A DNA stretch of 64,000 bases, from positions 95,170,001 through 95,234,000 of the forward strand of contig OZ320317.1 of NCBI GenBank assembly GCA_976226885.1, read 5' to 3'. Numbering within the stretch: the first letter of the stretch is position 1; every line of letters begins with the position of its first letter. A program made the position numbers and the translations under genes. This DNA is from Iphione sp. A-MEVVRFRX5. Lineage: Eukaryota. Under the pieces are notes generated by a model. It saw nothing but the letters and a program-made list of their open reading frames with translations. It did no database searches and had not been told where the DNA came from. Below, in pieces: positions 1 to 13,940 of the stretch.

Positions 1-189
1 CTCTTGCCTTTTTTATAACTTATAGAGCTGATCAGCTACAAGTGAAGTGTTACAAGAGTTCCTTAAACCTTAAAGTTTATCGTAAAAATAAGAAACCTGA
101 TGCTAATGGCAGGGTTTTAAGCCTTTCTGAGCTGCGACTCAAATGGCAGTCATAGAGAGGATATATTCACTCAAACCCAGTCACAGTCT

Positions 190-750
190 GTATAGATCAC
201 AGCGAAATAAAACCTCATAGTAGAACTAACCAACTTATTCCCTAAACCAACTTTTTCCAAATGAACTTACTTCTTAATCTACTTACTCATGAACCAACTT
301 ATTCTCTCACTTATCCTAGCCAAATTGCTTCCTAAATAACTTACTACCTATACAACTTATTCCCTGTCTGACTCCCTTAACAGCTTACTCCTGAATGCTT
401 TCCTAATCAATTATTCTCTTACTCCCTACTCCTAATCAACTTACTCCCTACACAACTTACCTACTAACCAACTTACTTCATAACCAATGTATTCCCTCAC
501 CAACATATTCCCTGATCATCTTACTCCCTAACCGCTTATTCACTAAACCCAACTTTTTCCAAAATGAACTTACTGCTTAATGTAGGTACTCATAAGCCAA
601 CTTATTCCCCGACTTAAATTGCTTCATAAGTAACTCACTCTCTATACAAATTATTCTATAACTCCCTAACTAGTCAACTCCTAACATGTTCCTAATCAAT
701 ACATATTCTCAACCAACATATTCCTTAGCAAACTTCTTCCCTAACTTACT
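190..750. repeat. Degenerate CT-rich tandem repeat (core like AACTTACTCCCTA)
   Basis: Many imperfect recurrences of ccaacttattc / aacttactcc(c)ta; no clean period. Confidence 0.5.
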
Positions 751-1230
751 CAGAATCAGAATCAGAATCAGCTTTATTGAACATCTCCGTGAAGGGTACA
801 AAAATCTTATTCTCTAACCAACGTATTAGGGTCATTTAGGTGCCATAGCCACCTTTGTTGTAGTTTGCATAAGGAAAGGTACGAGGGTGTGTTGAGGGGG
901 AAGGTTGGGGAGGAAGGATGCATACAGATTGACATGGAGGGTGTGAGAAAATGTGAGGAAGGTGCTACACCTCCCATTTGAAGTCTCAGATATTGGTTAA
1001 ACTGGACACGCAGGACAGATTTTGCCATGTGGATTAATGAGACTCCATTGTATGTATTGAAACTTTCCATTTGTTGGTGAGCTATATTGCTACCTTGAAC
1101 TATGGTACGTGGTGAAAAACTGCCTACGACTCTCAGAACCACATGACTAATAAATACGACTGACATAAATTTCAGTTCTAAAGTAAATAAAGCTACAGCT
1201 TGCTGCAACACAGTATTGGGAAAAGCTTTA
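751..1230 (-). mobile_element. Probable 3' remnant of a non-LTR retroelement
   Basis: Minus strand ends caataaagc-tgattctgattctgattctg (AATAAA plus short (ATTCTG)n tail), typical of LINE 3' ends. The adjacent 134-aa ORF has no motif I recognise. Confidence 0.35.
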
Positions 1231-1639
1231 TTGATTATTTATTCATTAGTTGTACAGTATAAGTATCAAAGTATGCTTGTGTGGTTTCAATGGCTGGCCC
1301 ATGTTGTGTACAAATGACCGGGTGCCAGTCAGAATGGCCGGTGTAACTTATGGCCAGGTTTATATGGCGGGGGTGATCAGTCAAAATGGCCTGTAGTGAT
1401 TAGGGTTAGGGTTAGGGTTAGGGTTAGCAATATTTACAGAAAAATACCAGCCATAAATGACCATGGATGGCCATACAGGTCATCAGCCATTAAGACGGCC
1501 AGCCATTGTGACCGACATTCAAATGACCTGGCTAGAGTAATGACACTTTCATTTCTTTGTATCTTTCACCAGGAATATATTCTATCAACAGGACAGGGCT
1601 CTTCCATATCTTCATGGGATAGCATAATACCATCTATTA

Positions 1640-1887
1640 TTGAGAATTGAGAGACCAGAATACCTGGGCTTGCCCCCGATTCTTACTTTAAATAGGTTTC
1701 TGGAGTCTTTTCATGCATAGAGTACAGAATCCTATACACCCACAGCCTTTTTATGAGTTGTGGACCACTCTGGTTTGGGACTACAATAAATCTGTCTGGT
1801 CGGGATCAAGAGTCCCAAGCCTGGGACTGAATGTGCGACCTCTCAATCAGTAGACCAGTGCTCTACCACTGAGCTAACACCCCCCCC
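1640..1887 (-). mobile_element. tRNA-derived SINE (degenerate)
   Basis: Minus strand head gttagctcagtggtagagcactggtctactgattgagaggtcgcacattcagtccc has a canonical A-box (TAGCTCAGTGG) and a decayed B-box, followed by about 180 bp of non-tRNA body. Confidence 0.55.
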
Positions 1888-2559
1888 TAGCTAACTCTCC
1901 CCACAAGTAGAAAAAGTACAGTTTAGCGAGACATACAGACCTGACAATTGTTTCAGCTAATGAAGTTGACTAGAAGTTGCTTTAGTGGTGTTTGCATGTA
2001 GCCACCTAGTATGGTCATACATTGTGAGGCCAAGACCCAGGGGCAACAATTAATGGAAAAATTGACCTGAAGTGACCCAGGTCAGAGTCTAAAGGTCAGA
2101 GCATAACCTTCAGTCATAAGCTATTTGCATATAATGATCATGGCCTTTCCCTACTTTTTGGATTGCTCCTTTCACTTGGCTTGTATTATTTAACCTTTAT
2201 TTATACTGGCAAATTCATACAAAGCTGTATTTGCAGCCAGATTCTAGTTCACAATAAACAGTGCAGTTCCAGGTATGTCTACTCAGCAATAAACATCAAC
2301 TAAACTGGATCTTGAGCCATCTTGGTTTGTATTGTGTTGCATTATTTGTAAGAAGGTGGGAAGGTTGGAGGGTCGAACAATACTGATACTTCCAAAACTT
2401 TTGCAATATCACTGGTGACCTAAAAAATGGAAACTAGCTACAGAATAACAACAGCAGAACACTGGGATACCAATGCATTCTTTATTTTCAGTTTACATCA
2501 TTTTATTGCAACATGATGACCAGCACAGACCATATACATAAAGACATGTAAAGGTAGGT

Positions 2560-2708
2560 CTGAGAGAGAGAAGATAGAGATAGAAAGAGCGAGAGAGAAA
2601 GAGAGATACAGAGAGACAGACGGATAGAGACAAGAGGGGGATGGAGAGAAAGAAAGAGGAGGTAGTGGGGGAAAAGAAAGAGCGGGAGGGGAGGAAAAGA
2701 GGAGATTA

Positions 2709-2753
<45 letters not shown>

Positions 2754-2765
2754 AGAGAGGGAGGA
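2560..2765. repeat. (GA)n / purine-rich microsatellite
   Basis: Pure (ga)n run near 2711-2745 within a GA-rich tract. Confidence 0.9.
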
Positions 2766-2960
2766 CAATCAGAGAATTATGGATGAGATATCTTTCAGCT
2801 TTCAGCACTCACTTGACAAAAACGATAGAATATATTCTGTTTACATTCTGTGACGGCTCTCTTTATTGAGTAGGATGTTATCAGGATGGAGACAAACGTT
2901 TTTTTAACAAGTACACCTAAATAAAACCAATACCTAACAGTAAATCCCCACTCGATTTAA

Positions 2961-4025
2961 CCCCTTCCTGACCACCAGAAATAGTGTAATTTGAAAAGGT
3001 AAATGTAGGCCAGTATAGCTTATTCACCTGTAGTTTTTAGTACAACAGAGAATTTGTGATGTTATATACCATATGAAAGCACATGATTTGTACTTTATAT
3101 CCTGGAGTTTTTTGTTTGATTTATTTGGTTACCATGGCAACAGAACAACATTGAATGTGAAATATGATCATCCGAATTTACACTAAATTTACACTAATTT
3201 ACATCACCAGTAGAAAAACACCAGGAAATATTGTTCCTAGAGGGAAATGTTCAATTAAGAAAGTGTTCAGCATGTTATTTGGAGTCTTTTGATATATAAT
3301 TTGTTATTATACATGGACCCAATCAGTTTCTATGACAATCAGAGATGATGTAGGTTTGCATCAAAAACGATGTAAATGATGTCCTCAATGGCATGTTTTT
3401 GGAAATTCCATGGTTCACATGGAAACAGTGTTGACACCAAATTATTAGTTTTAGCATAGAATACCTTAAAATTGATATAACTTTCATTTTTAAGTAAAAT
3501 GTTTCTGAAATAAAACAATTAAAGATACATATTTCTGATATGAACATCATTTATACTATTATGGACTATACCGCTATACCAGTGTCTATGCAAAAGTAGG
3601 GCTGTAACAGAAAATCTCCTTGGATTTTCAATGTATTTCACGTTTTCAAAGTAATAACTTCAAAAATTCTTTTAAAAATGACTAAAACAAACCCAATTAG
3701 AGGATTATTCAACAAAACTACCTTGTTTCAATAGAAGCTTACATAAAATATGTGTGCTATAGATAATTACTAATTGTCCAAATAGGGGATAATTTGCAAA
3801 AATGGTAATCACATAATTTACGGCATAGTCATGTGACCATTTTGGTGATTCCAGAAATTATAAAACAATTTTTTTAGGGCTAGTTATATAGCATACACCC
3901 TTTAGTACATGATCCATCCACTTTTTTGAGAAACAATGCCCAGATTTCATGTAGATTTCTGTTTATGTATCTGTAGGCTTATCTGCCCGATTGGGAGGAT
4001 AAGCCTATGGGCGGTCAGGAAGGAG
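2961..4025. mobile_element. TTAA-flanked non-autonomous DNA transposon (piggyBac-like)
   Basis: TTAA (2957-2960) | CCCCTTCCTGACC ... GGTCAGGAAGGAG | TTAA (4026-4029): 13-bp TIR with 1 mismatch; subterminal hairpin taggcttatc...gataagccta; no transposase. Confidence 0.75.
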
Positions 4026-4528
4026 TTAAGTCTATTCAGCACCAGGTTTCCTAGTACTGGACACGAATCAGAAGGGTAAAGGTACTTCATTTCTTTGAGC
4101 TCGGGAAACAAAACGTGCAGTTAAATCAATAGATTGTAAGAACTTAGCAGACATCTGCGCCATATTGGCCCTTCATGGAATCAGGGTCTTCCTCAGAGCG
4201 ACACCTGGTGTGCTGCAGTGGAAGTGGAGGTAAAAGTCCATTATTCATGCAACTAAAAAGCCTCAAGTATATTTCTGCTGTTTAAAAATCAGTACACCAC
4301 AATGTGTGGTTGTTACACCTGGGTGCACCAACTGAGTTTCACTAAAACCAGTATAATACAGTAGCCTCTAATCATAGCAACGGTGCGTCACAGCATTGTG
4401 TATGTGTTCGTGTATTAGTCAAAGAATACGTAAAAATGTTTTATAATGGTCTTCAGCCAGCATTTAATTCCTGACTGCTTACACCTGAGACAGCTTTTGT
4501 TTGTGGCTGACTCTTTCGCATCTCCCAA

Positions 4529-4724
4529 GTAACATCATGTCACATCTCCGAGGTAGCATGTCACATCTCCTAGGTAACATGTAACATATCCCAGGTAGCA
4601 TGTCACATCTCCTAGGTAGCATGTCACATCTCCTAGGTAACATGTAACATATCCCAGGTAGCATGTCACATCTCCTAGGTAGCATGTCACATCTCCTAGG
4701 TAACATCTATCACATCTCCTCGGT
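4529..4724. repeat. 21-bp minisatellite with 63-bp higher-order pattern
   Basis: About 9 copies of ggtagcatgtcacatctccta; variant ggtaacatgtaacatatccca recurs every third unit. Confidence 0.9.
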
Positions 4725-5527
4725 AAATGAGGACCTACGAGATCTATTTTCCCCTGCCTGCTGTTCAATCAAGCGGAACTAAACATTACCGCTTGGGTAA
4801 GCATTTATCATGTACATAGTTGCATATTCTGTCTTGTACACATGTACATGTTTTCTCTTACACCAAAAATAAGTCAGTACCCAGCATCCATATTGGAAAA
4901 TCAGCTTATCAAACACAATAGTTATATGAACCACACGATCGTGATGGAGGGTCGGACGGTCGGGAGGCAGCTGTCCTAGGTCCACGCTGATGCAGGGTGC
5001 AAAACTGGATCTTTGTTAGTTTTATACATGTTATGAACTCTCTAAGCTGGACAACCCTCCCAAGCTCATGCTGGCTTTACATGTCTGATAAACACTTTCC
5101 CTTAGAACCATTCCTGTATTTATCAACACCTGAGTAACATGAACACAGCTTTCCAAGTAAAACCCTTAACCGAAGTATCCCAGATTCGCTCCATTATTAC
5201 AGATCTATAACTGGAGGTTCAATGTACATGTATGTAAATTGAATTTGTAATGAAATTAGAAACATTTCCTTGTCCTATATTATACATCATGCCCTTTTAT
5301 GGTGATGAATTCCATTTTAACAAAAAAAAGACCCTTCATTCTCGAGTGTCACTGTGGGTCTTGACTCTATTTAACCCTTCTTTCTCAGGTGTTGTTATAG
5401 CCCTAATACTTAGATGTATCTTTAAACCTTCTTTCTCGAATGTTATGAGCCTGACTTAGATGCATCTCTGTTTGGATAGTAGACACCCGTGCTGGTGAGA
5501 TAAGAGATAGGTGGAAGTAACAAACTA

Positions 5528-6307
5528 CAGTTAACACCCATGGAGGCGACCACCTACCACCTACCACCTAGGGGACTTGAGGAACCTGGTCAGGCAAAGA
5601 TTTTCTCTCGCTGTCTCTCTCTCAAAAGTGAGAGAGGATGTGTGAGGGGATGAAAGACCCACCATTTAACACCTAGATGAGCGTGAAATCACAGTTGCCC
5701 AGGTGGCAGAGGTCAGAGAGGACGTGTGAGGGGATGAAAGACTCACTATGTAACACCTCGATGAGTGAGAAGTCACAGTTAGCCAGGTGGTAGAGGTGAG
5801 AGAGGACGTGCGAGGGGATGAAAGACTCACTATGTAACACCTCGATGAGTGAGAAGTTACAGTTGGCCAGGTGGTAGAGGTGAGAGAGGACGTGTCAGGG
5901 GATGAAAGATTCACCATGTAACACCTAGACGAGTAAGAAGTCATAGTCACCCAGGTGGTAGAGGTGAGAGAGGACGTGTCAGGGGATGAAAGACTCTCCA
6001 TGTAACACCTAGACAAATGAGAAGTCACACCCGCCCAGGTGGTAGAGGTGAGAGAGCACATGAAGGGATGAAAGACTGGTGGTGTCACTAGGTAATTGAG
6101 ATTGGGCTACCCCCATGAGTGAGAAGTGGTTGTTTTGGACTGAATATTACAGTCTCTCTCAAGAGATGGCCACCCCCGGCAGTTGGTTACCCCTATGAGT
6201 CAGTAACATGTAGGAAAATTACTAGCAAATGTCCCATTCTGACCTAAATCGGTTTCTTCCAGGAGGTGGTCGCCCCTGGTGGTTGGCTGTTAAGTGAGTG
6301 GCACCTG
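5528..6307. mobile_element. TA-flanked MITE-like element(s) enclosing an 84-bp minisatellite
   Basis: TA|CAG...ggcgaccacct at the left and aggtggtcgcc...CTG|TA at the right; about 5 copies of an 84-bp unit at 5625-6080. A second TA|CAG start near 6147 makes the boundaries ambiguous. Confidence 0.5.
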
Positions 6308-6649
6308 TAGTATCACATCTTCCTGCATCGTCCATAAATAAGAATAACATATGTGCATTTTGGACAGACTTGTGGTATATATTTTATCGCGGAAAAACAC
6401 AGCATATTTAACTCTATCTCCTAACACACAAGGTTGAAACAAGCGGCATCACTTGCAAGTTTTACACAAATCCATCTGTTGTGTAGCAAACCCGTAAGAC
6501 ACAAAGTCTTTTTCCTCCCCATTGAAATGTGCAGTAATGCATAGCAATACTGCATAGCAAGGTGTAGAGCAAAATCATACAAATGCCACACCAGGATATC
6601 TCATGGAAAACAACTTGGCTGCATAACGTTTTCAAAACAAGCACGACTT

Positions 6650-6991
6650 CATAAGTTCAATATGTATTACATAAGCTCAATGGTCAAACTCAAATGTCCG
6701 GCAGGTCAAGGATCTGGAATGGACACTTTGTCTGCAACTTAGTCATCTTTGTAAGTAACACAACTGATGGGACATTTGAGGGTATGTACTGGGTTACATA
6801 CTGCATAAGTTTAATATGTATTACAAAAAGTCAACGGTCAACCTCAAATGTCCTGCAGGTCGAGGATCTCGTAACTTTGTAACAGGAACTGGCAGGACAT
6901 TTGAGGGTGACCATTCACCCTCAAATGTCCTGCCAGGATCTGTTACAAAGTTACCAGATCCTCGACCTGCAGGACATTTGAGGGTGAATGG
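6650..6991. repeat. Compound palindrome built from small inverted-repeat units
   Basis: Arms 6842-6910 and 6915-6983 are reverse complements with 4 mismatches and a 4-nt loop; each arm is itself bounded by cctcaaatgtcctgc / gcaggacatttgagg; a degenerate third unit lies at about 6685-6785. Confidence 0.9.
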
Positions 6992-7599
6992 TTTGCAGTC
7001 AGGACTCAATTGACCGATTGCTTGTTTTCAAAATAACGTTGCCCTTGTCCCACCTCCTGCAGCATGTAAACTGTGGTGTAGCATCATTTTGATGTTGTTT
7101 AGTGATGAGGCAATCAGTCTATACGAACAGACTCACAATCAAAAATATACAATTTCTGAGCAAACTTCCTTGCAACAAACTGTCTTGTAACTATAGAAAT
7201 TTGACTCAATATTTGAATTAAACTTCCGGAAAGCAACTCGTGATGGAAACCATGATTTTTGAGCACATATATAAATATGAGAGACTACTTCACATATTTG
7301 GAGGTAATTTCCCCATGGCTGTGTACATGCTGTAAGCAACTCCATATAAGGCTTCAAAACAATATGGCTGTTACTGTGCTGGTCCATTTGTGTATATGGC
7401 AAGAATAACTTGGACTTAATTGAGTCTGACAGATTACACAGTGGACTTGTAGAACATTTGTGACAGCTGACTCTGTTGACAAGAGATCTTGTGCAGTAAT
7501 GCTTTGTAATGTGACAAGCAAAAACATTCTAATTTCACATCTCCTACATATGTACTGCCTGCAGAGATGGCCTCATCTTTTTACATCTCCTACATAAGT

Positions 7600-8060
7600 T
7601 CCTCCAGGGATAACCCCATTGTAAATCTGGTACTCATGTACCCCTCAAGAAACCCTTGTCATTACATATCTCCTATATATGTATCTTGAGTGAAAGCTTC
7701 ATCCTCTATTTCTCCTACATATGAAACTCTGGAGAAGCTTTACACAAAAACCTCCTGAGAAAGCCTCATCATTTACATGTTTTACACAAATACCTCCAGA
7801 GAAAGCTTCCTCATTTACATGCCTTACACAAATACCTCCAGAGAAGCCTTGTCATTTACATGTTTTACACAAATACCTCCAGAGAAAGCTTCCTCATTTA
7901 CATGTCTTACATGAATACCTCCAGAGGAAGCCTTGCTATTTTACATGCCTTACACAAATACCTCTAGAGAAAGCCTTGTCATTTTACCTGTCTTATACAA
8001 ATACCACCAGAGAAAGAAAGCTTTGTAATTTAGTATTTACATGTCTTACACAAATACCTG
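7600..8060. repeat. About 38-40-bp degenerate minisatellite
   Basis: Recurrent tttacatgt(c/t)ttacacaaatacctccagagaaag. Confidence 0.8.
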
Positions 8061-11000
8061 AAATAATAACCTCCTGGAAGTAAGACTTGAGTCTGGTTCT
8101 GAAAGAGCTGTGCAGTAATTCATTATAGTTGCAGACTAAGTAGGGTATGGAATATTTTAGACTGGACATTTATATATCTGATTCTCTGGTATTGCACTGT
8201 GTGTGATTTTAATGGAAGACTCAGTTCAGTACATGGACATAAGGAGTTAGCAGGGGACTGAACATAGAAGAAAGGAAAGTTTAGCAAAAAATAAATGCAG
8301 CTTACAGCAACCAACCAAATGACGACCAATAAAATGCATTTACAAACAATGGTCTAAGGGAGCTTCCCTGTTATCTGTTTCACCGACTGATAGGTCCTGT
8401 GCATCTGATAGTATTGCAGGTGATGGCTGTTTTTCGGTTATTGGGGTAAAACTACATGTAAATGTGTTCAGCAGGTGAAGCAAATGACTTACAACAGCAA
8501 TAAAGGTACTTTAACAATGACCTTCTGCTTACAGGCTAGAACATGAACCTGATATTTAAGTGATAGCCTTACAAACATATTATCTTCTTACTTGCTGTAG
8601 ATAAGGATTAACGGTCAAATAAGATTATTCACAAGCAACTTCAATTATCTTTCAAAATTCCGTTTAGCCTTACTGAAAACTCTGCGTTCAAATAAGAGAA
8701 AACTGTAATTTAAAAAGAAAAAACCTGTTCAGCTGATGACATATGCATTCCTCTCTAGCAAGCAAAATATAAGCTACCTCCTTACTGTAGCCCCTCATAC
8801 CTGACCTTGACTTGTACCTGTTAGGTTGACCTGACCTATGAAGGACCTCAAACCTAACCTTAACTTATTGCTCAGTTAGGTCGACGATACCTATAAAGAA
8901 CCTCATACCTGATCTTCATGTTAGACCCTTCTTACCTGTGGAGAAGCTTATACCTGACTTTAACTTGTACCTAAGTTAGGTCTACTTTACCTAAAAAGAA
9001 CCCCATACAACCTATGAAGATGCCCATTAGCTGACAATGATTTGCACTTCAGTTGAAAAACCTCAAACCTGAATTTGATTTCTGACCAAGCACCTAATGG
9101 TTTACACTATAGTGGTACCAATTGCAAAGACAAGTTTGACGATCAGGAAACCAAAGGACCTAATGATTTACACCATTGTAGTGCCAATTGCAAAAACAGG
9201 TTTGACAAAGAGGGAAAAAAACTATAATATACAATCGAATGGAATTCAATGGATTCATTAATTGCAAGTCCCCGGTTCATTAGGTACCCCACTTTGACAC
9301 GCCCCTGGATTCCTGCAGGATATGTATACAAGCACCTTTATTTATATAAAGTCCACAATGACGGGCAACATTTTATACACATGCACGAAGTTTTCCCAAA
9401 ACATCATATTTCTGGCCAGCAATGGTAATTTCCTTGTACTATATTTGGGACTAGTAATGAGTCTACTTAGGACTGTCTATTTGGGACCAATAAGAAGTCT
9501 ATTGGCAATGTTCATGAATATTCATATTCTTTTACAACATTACTGTCCTGACAATGGTTCTACCGCAAGTGTCCAGCAATAAACGAGAGTTTTTAATCGA
9601 TGTCACAAAAAACCTTTTCCTGTCAATTTCTCAAACCTTCAATATAGCACGGGGGGGGTGAAACCTATTTAAGTTACCTATAATTTTTAATTATGGCACA
9701 GAGACTTCTTTTTAGCACATAGGTACATGTAGATACTCATCTGTGAAGAAAGATCTTCACAATCACAGGAGTGCTAATCTAGGACTGAGGCTTTACAACG
9801 GGACACAATTTCTCCTTATCGTACTGGTAGATATTCATTTTATAAATAATTATAATGCCATTCACTATGTTACTAATAAACACCTTTTTACCTGAATATT
9901 ACTAAACTTCACTGTGTGCACTTGAGTACAAGTAGAGTGTCAGGTAGGGGGGGGGCCTTGAGGGTCAGACCGGTGGACAATTCCCACATCCGGACATTAA
10001 TCATGCGAAAAGACAGTGTTCATTCGTGCCCTTTGCATTCTGGGTACAAGACAAGACTCGTTTAATGTACGGAGCCACCAGCAAATGGACACTGGGATTT
10101 ATATAAAAAGTAGAGCACCACAGTTTCTGAGGCGAAAATAGGAAACTGCTACGCAAATTCTTCTGTGAGCAATTCCATTTCCAAAGACCAGTACTCTTTC
10201 CACAAATTTGTTATGTAGCGAAAAGTTTTCTTCTTAAACAAACGGTTGGATAAGATATCCACATATTAAATCTCATGAGTAGCAGTTTAACTACATCATG
10301 ATTTGGAAATATTTCAGGCCTCAGTACGCGTCCATTTGAAATATTGCCACCGCTCTCCACCAGGGGGCTGCCTCTCATGGCCTCCTTTCAACGGGGGGGG
10401 GGGGGGGGGTCGGGGGGATCGGGGGGTCAGAGCATCATCAATAACGCTTCACCAAGAATTCATAGTGACCATAACTCTTACAAAACAGCAGATAACGCTT
10501 CACCAACAATTGAATCATTGGTAGCGCTTCACCAGAGATAACTGAATAACATATAGCGCTGAATTCAGGAAGCAAATCGCAATTCATGCTGAATTAGAAC
10601 TGCCAATAACACTTCACCAGAATAGTTAACTCCCCCTGTCTTTCAAAGGTTGAGTTCTACTGAACCAGGGGACTGGCTGATATCTTCCAGGAGAAAGATC
10701 GGCCTATCAACGTTTTCAATACAAGCGCAGTCAAGTACTGATAAAAAAAACCCTCATATACCTTAACTTTAACTTCATACAGATGGTAACTCATGCACAG
10801 ATAAAACCACACTGATCCAGCAGCCACTTCGCCAGTCAGGTTTTACTCTCAGGTATAAGTATTAAAATGTTTACTAAGGTTAATGTGCATAAATTCTCGT
10901 TCAGAAAATATTGCTGTAAAATCCCGAGCAAAGATTTACGTGGCCAATTCCCCACAAATGTTCCCTATGATTTCAGTGTGTTGAATATACTACGCATTTA

Positions 11001-12245
11001 TGCACCTCAGTCTCATTTCGTTTACAGGAAAAGATACATTTGATTGAATGTTACCCTGTACTGTATCATGCATCCACATAATAAAGTTAAACCACTGGAA
11101 ATTCTATTGAACTATTCATGACTGGCCATTGAGAGAAGTGAGAAAAAGTCATGTTTAGCAAGGTCAGGCTCAGCAAGGGCAGACTTAAGAAGGTCAAATT
11201 ACACAAACAATCAGACTTATCAAGGTCATACCAAGCAGGGTCGGATCAAACATGATCTGACTAAGCACATTGCAATTTAACAGGTTCAGACTAAATAAGG
11301 CAGGTTAAACAAGGTCAGACTGAACAAGCTCAGACTACATAGGGTTGGCTTACACCTACCATCTGATGCTATTTCAGGCCATGCACAAGTAAAAGGGAAG
11401 CCAAAAGGTATTAACCTCTCCTTTGTCTTGATATTGTTATAAGCAGCATTAACTCCGAAGAAGCTTAGCTTCCACGCTATTGCAGTCCAAGCAAAAGTGT
11501 TGGAGAAACACGTTATCACTTCGTTGGGCAAGCACTCCCTGGACTTCACTCTGGAAGTATTCTGCAGCTTAAATGAGCAAAGGTCGGACTTCATGAAACA
11601 TGGAGGCTGCTAGTGTGTGTGGAGAAGACCATGGCGTAGTTTTATGGAGAAAATTAAAACCTTATGTTTACCTAAAACAGAAATATCGCAGCCAATTTTC
11701 ACTGTGACCTTCAAGGACAATCTTTCCCATGATATTTATTGGAGCCAATTTAGCCAATTCCAGATATGATTATTAATAATGGAAGACATCAAAACTTTTC
11801 AAGAATCAAAGCATGAAAACAACGGATTGAATGATTTGAACTTCCCATAACACAATTCAGGGTTGTAGCCAACATGATTGGACAGTTCGAATGAATCTTA
11901 AGAATGAAAGCATATAAACAAGCAGCTTAAATGTTTTCAACTATCCGTAACTTAGTTCGGCATTGTACCTGACATGATTGGACAGTTCAGATGAATCTAA
12001 AGGATGTTTGTAGAACAGGGGAGATTTCCATGACCAAAGCAAGATCGCAATGTGGACAAAATTTAACTAGTTCTACCGACTTAGTGCATCTGTGTATGGT
12101 CACCAAGGATTCTGTGTGGTTTTATATGTATGTGTATAGACAAATATAATTATGCCTATATTTCGGTCACTAAGTAGGATGGGGGATTGCTTGCCATCCA
12201 GTCTACAAGAGAATTACCTCCCCATCCCCCACCCCCTTCATTTAG

Positions 12246-12385
12246 NNNNNNNNNNNNNNNNNNNNNNNNNNNNNNNNNNNNNNNNNNNNNNNNNNNNNNN
12301 NNNNNNNNNNNNNNNNNNNNNNNNNNNNNNNNNNNNNNNNNNNNNNNNNNNNNNNNNNNNNNNNNNNNNNNNNNNNNNNNNNNNN
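12246..12385. other. Assembly gap
   Basis: Run of N. Confidence 1.
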
Positions 12386-13099
12386 AACAATGATGCAAGC
12401 TTACTACAGCCTTTCTATCTGACTACTGCCATCATTGTTGGGAGCCAAATGCATTTACCCATTCGACCACGATTATTCCGTGAATTGCACCTTCCATGAA
12501 AACCATGTATAAGCCACAGGAAATAAAACCAAAATAAACTCTGCAAGATACCAAGTAATATACAAAAAAAAACTAGTTAAAATACACATAACACTAATTA
12601 CGACTCAGATAACACAAGAAACAGTTCCTAGAATACCTGATATAACTCGAATTACACTACCTAAAACTTATATAACACTGAAGTAACCTTCCTCATTCAA
12701 CAGATATTATACAGATTTATTAAATTATATTTAATATTCGACTTATACACCCAAGATGTCTGTCAGGCTCTTGATAAGTATCAAATATGCAACAGATTGT
12801 ACCTACGTTCTTATCTACGGTATACACATAATCGGTTTCATTTTGAACTGGCTTTTTTTTTGCAACTACAATGACTGTCGGGTGCAGAGGAAACATTCCA
12901 TGGAAACATAAGCCAGCTCGCTGAGATGGTCTGATTCATGATGGAAGCACGAGGAGTCCGTTCTCAGTTTCTCAGCCTCCATGTACACGTGTAGTGCTAG
13001 GAATAATGCAGCCTCCTGAACACAGTCCATCTTGGTGTCGTTAGTTCATCGTTTCAGCTGGGGATGAATCTTGGGAACTCCTTCATGAATCTTAGACAC

Positions 13100-13940
13100 A
13101 GGAGGTGCTACAACGCACTGCACTACCTCATACAGTGGCACACTGATGGTTACACTTCCTTAGCTTCCACAACATTCTAAATCCATGGTTTCAGGTCAGA
13201 ATGAGTCTCTGGATTCATTATCAGATGGCACACAAACTCCTCCATAAGTACTCATAGGATGTGCTACACTGCCTCTGCACTGGTACCTCATAAGTGTCAC
13301 ATTGACAATTTACCTTCTGTGACCTCCGTCTTGTAATGAATCCACGTTTCCATGTCAGGAAAAATCTCTCGATTTACTATCCGATGGCATACCAACACCT
13401 CCAAGAGTACTGGTGGAAAGTGCTATGCTACCACGGCATTGCTTCCTCACACAGCAACACATATACAGTTTACTTTCTGTAGCTTCCTTCTTGTAATGAA
13501 TCCACCTTTCCATGAATCTCTCAATTTACTATCGGATGCTATATCAACACCTCCAAGAGTACTGGTGGAAAGTGCTATGCTACCACGGCATTGCTACCTC
13601 ACACAGTAACACATATACAGTTTCCCTTCTGCAGTTTCCATTTGTAAAAAATCCATGGTTTTGTGTTTGGATGAGTCTCGATTCATTATTCACTGACTCA
13701 ACACACTCCTCTGTGAGTACTTGCGGGAAGTGCCATAGTACCTCAGTATTGGTACCTCATATGCCCACAGTGTCACAGGTGCCTTTCCATAGCTTCCATC
13801 TTGTTAATTAATCTGCATTTTCAGGTCAGGATGAGTATTGTGATTCACTATCAGATGGCACACAATCTCCTCCATGAGTGCTTGCAGGAAGTGCTACACT
13901 ATCTTGGCACTGGTACCTCAGACGGCAGTACAGAGAAAAG
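13100..13940 (-). repeat. Degenerate tandem copies of the LIPT2 terminal coding segment (probable 3' UTR)
   Basis: About 6 decayed units resembling 13935-14075; the first still translates as HFLQALMEEIVCHLIVNHNTHPDLK versus HFMQAFMEEFACHLIMNRETHPDLK in the gene. Confidence 0.75.

Noticed and set aside
1399-1426. (TTAGGG)4 telomere or interstitial telomere
   Set aside because: Only about 4 units; such short runs are common inside non-autonomous repeats
1820-1887. Functional tRNA gene
   Set aside because: B-box and acceptor stem are degenerate and it continues into a SINE-like body
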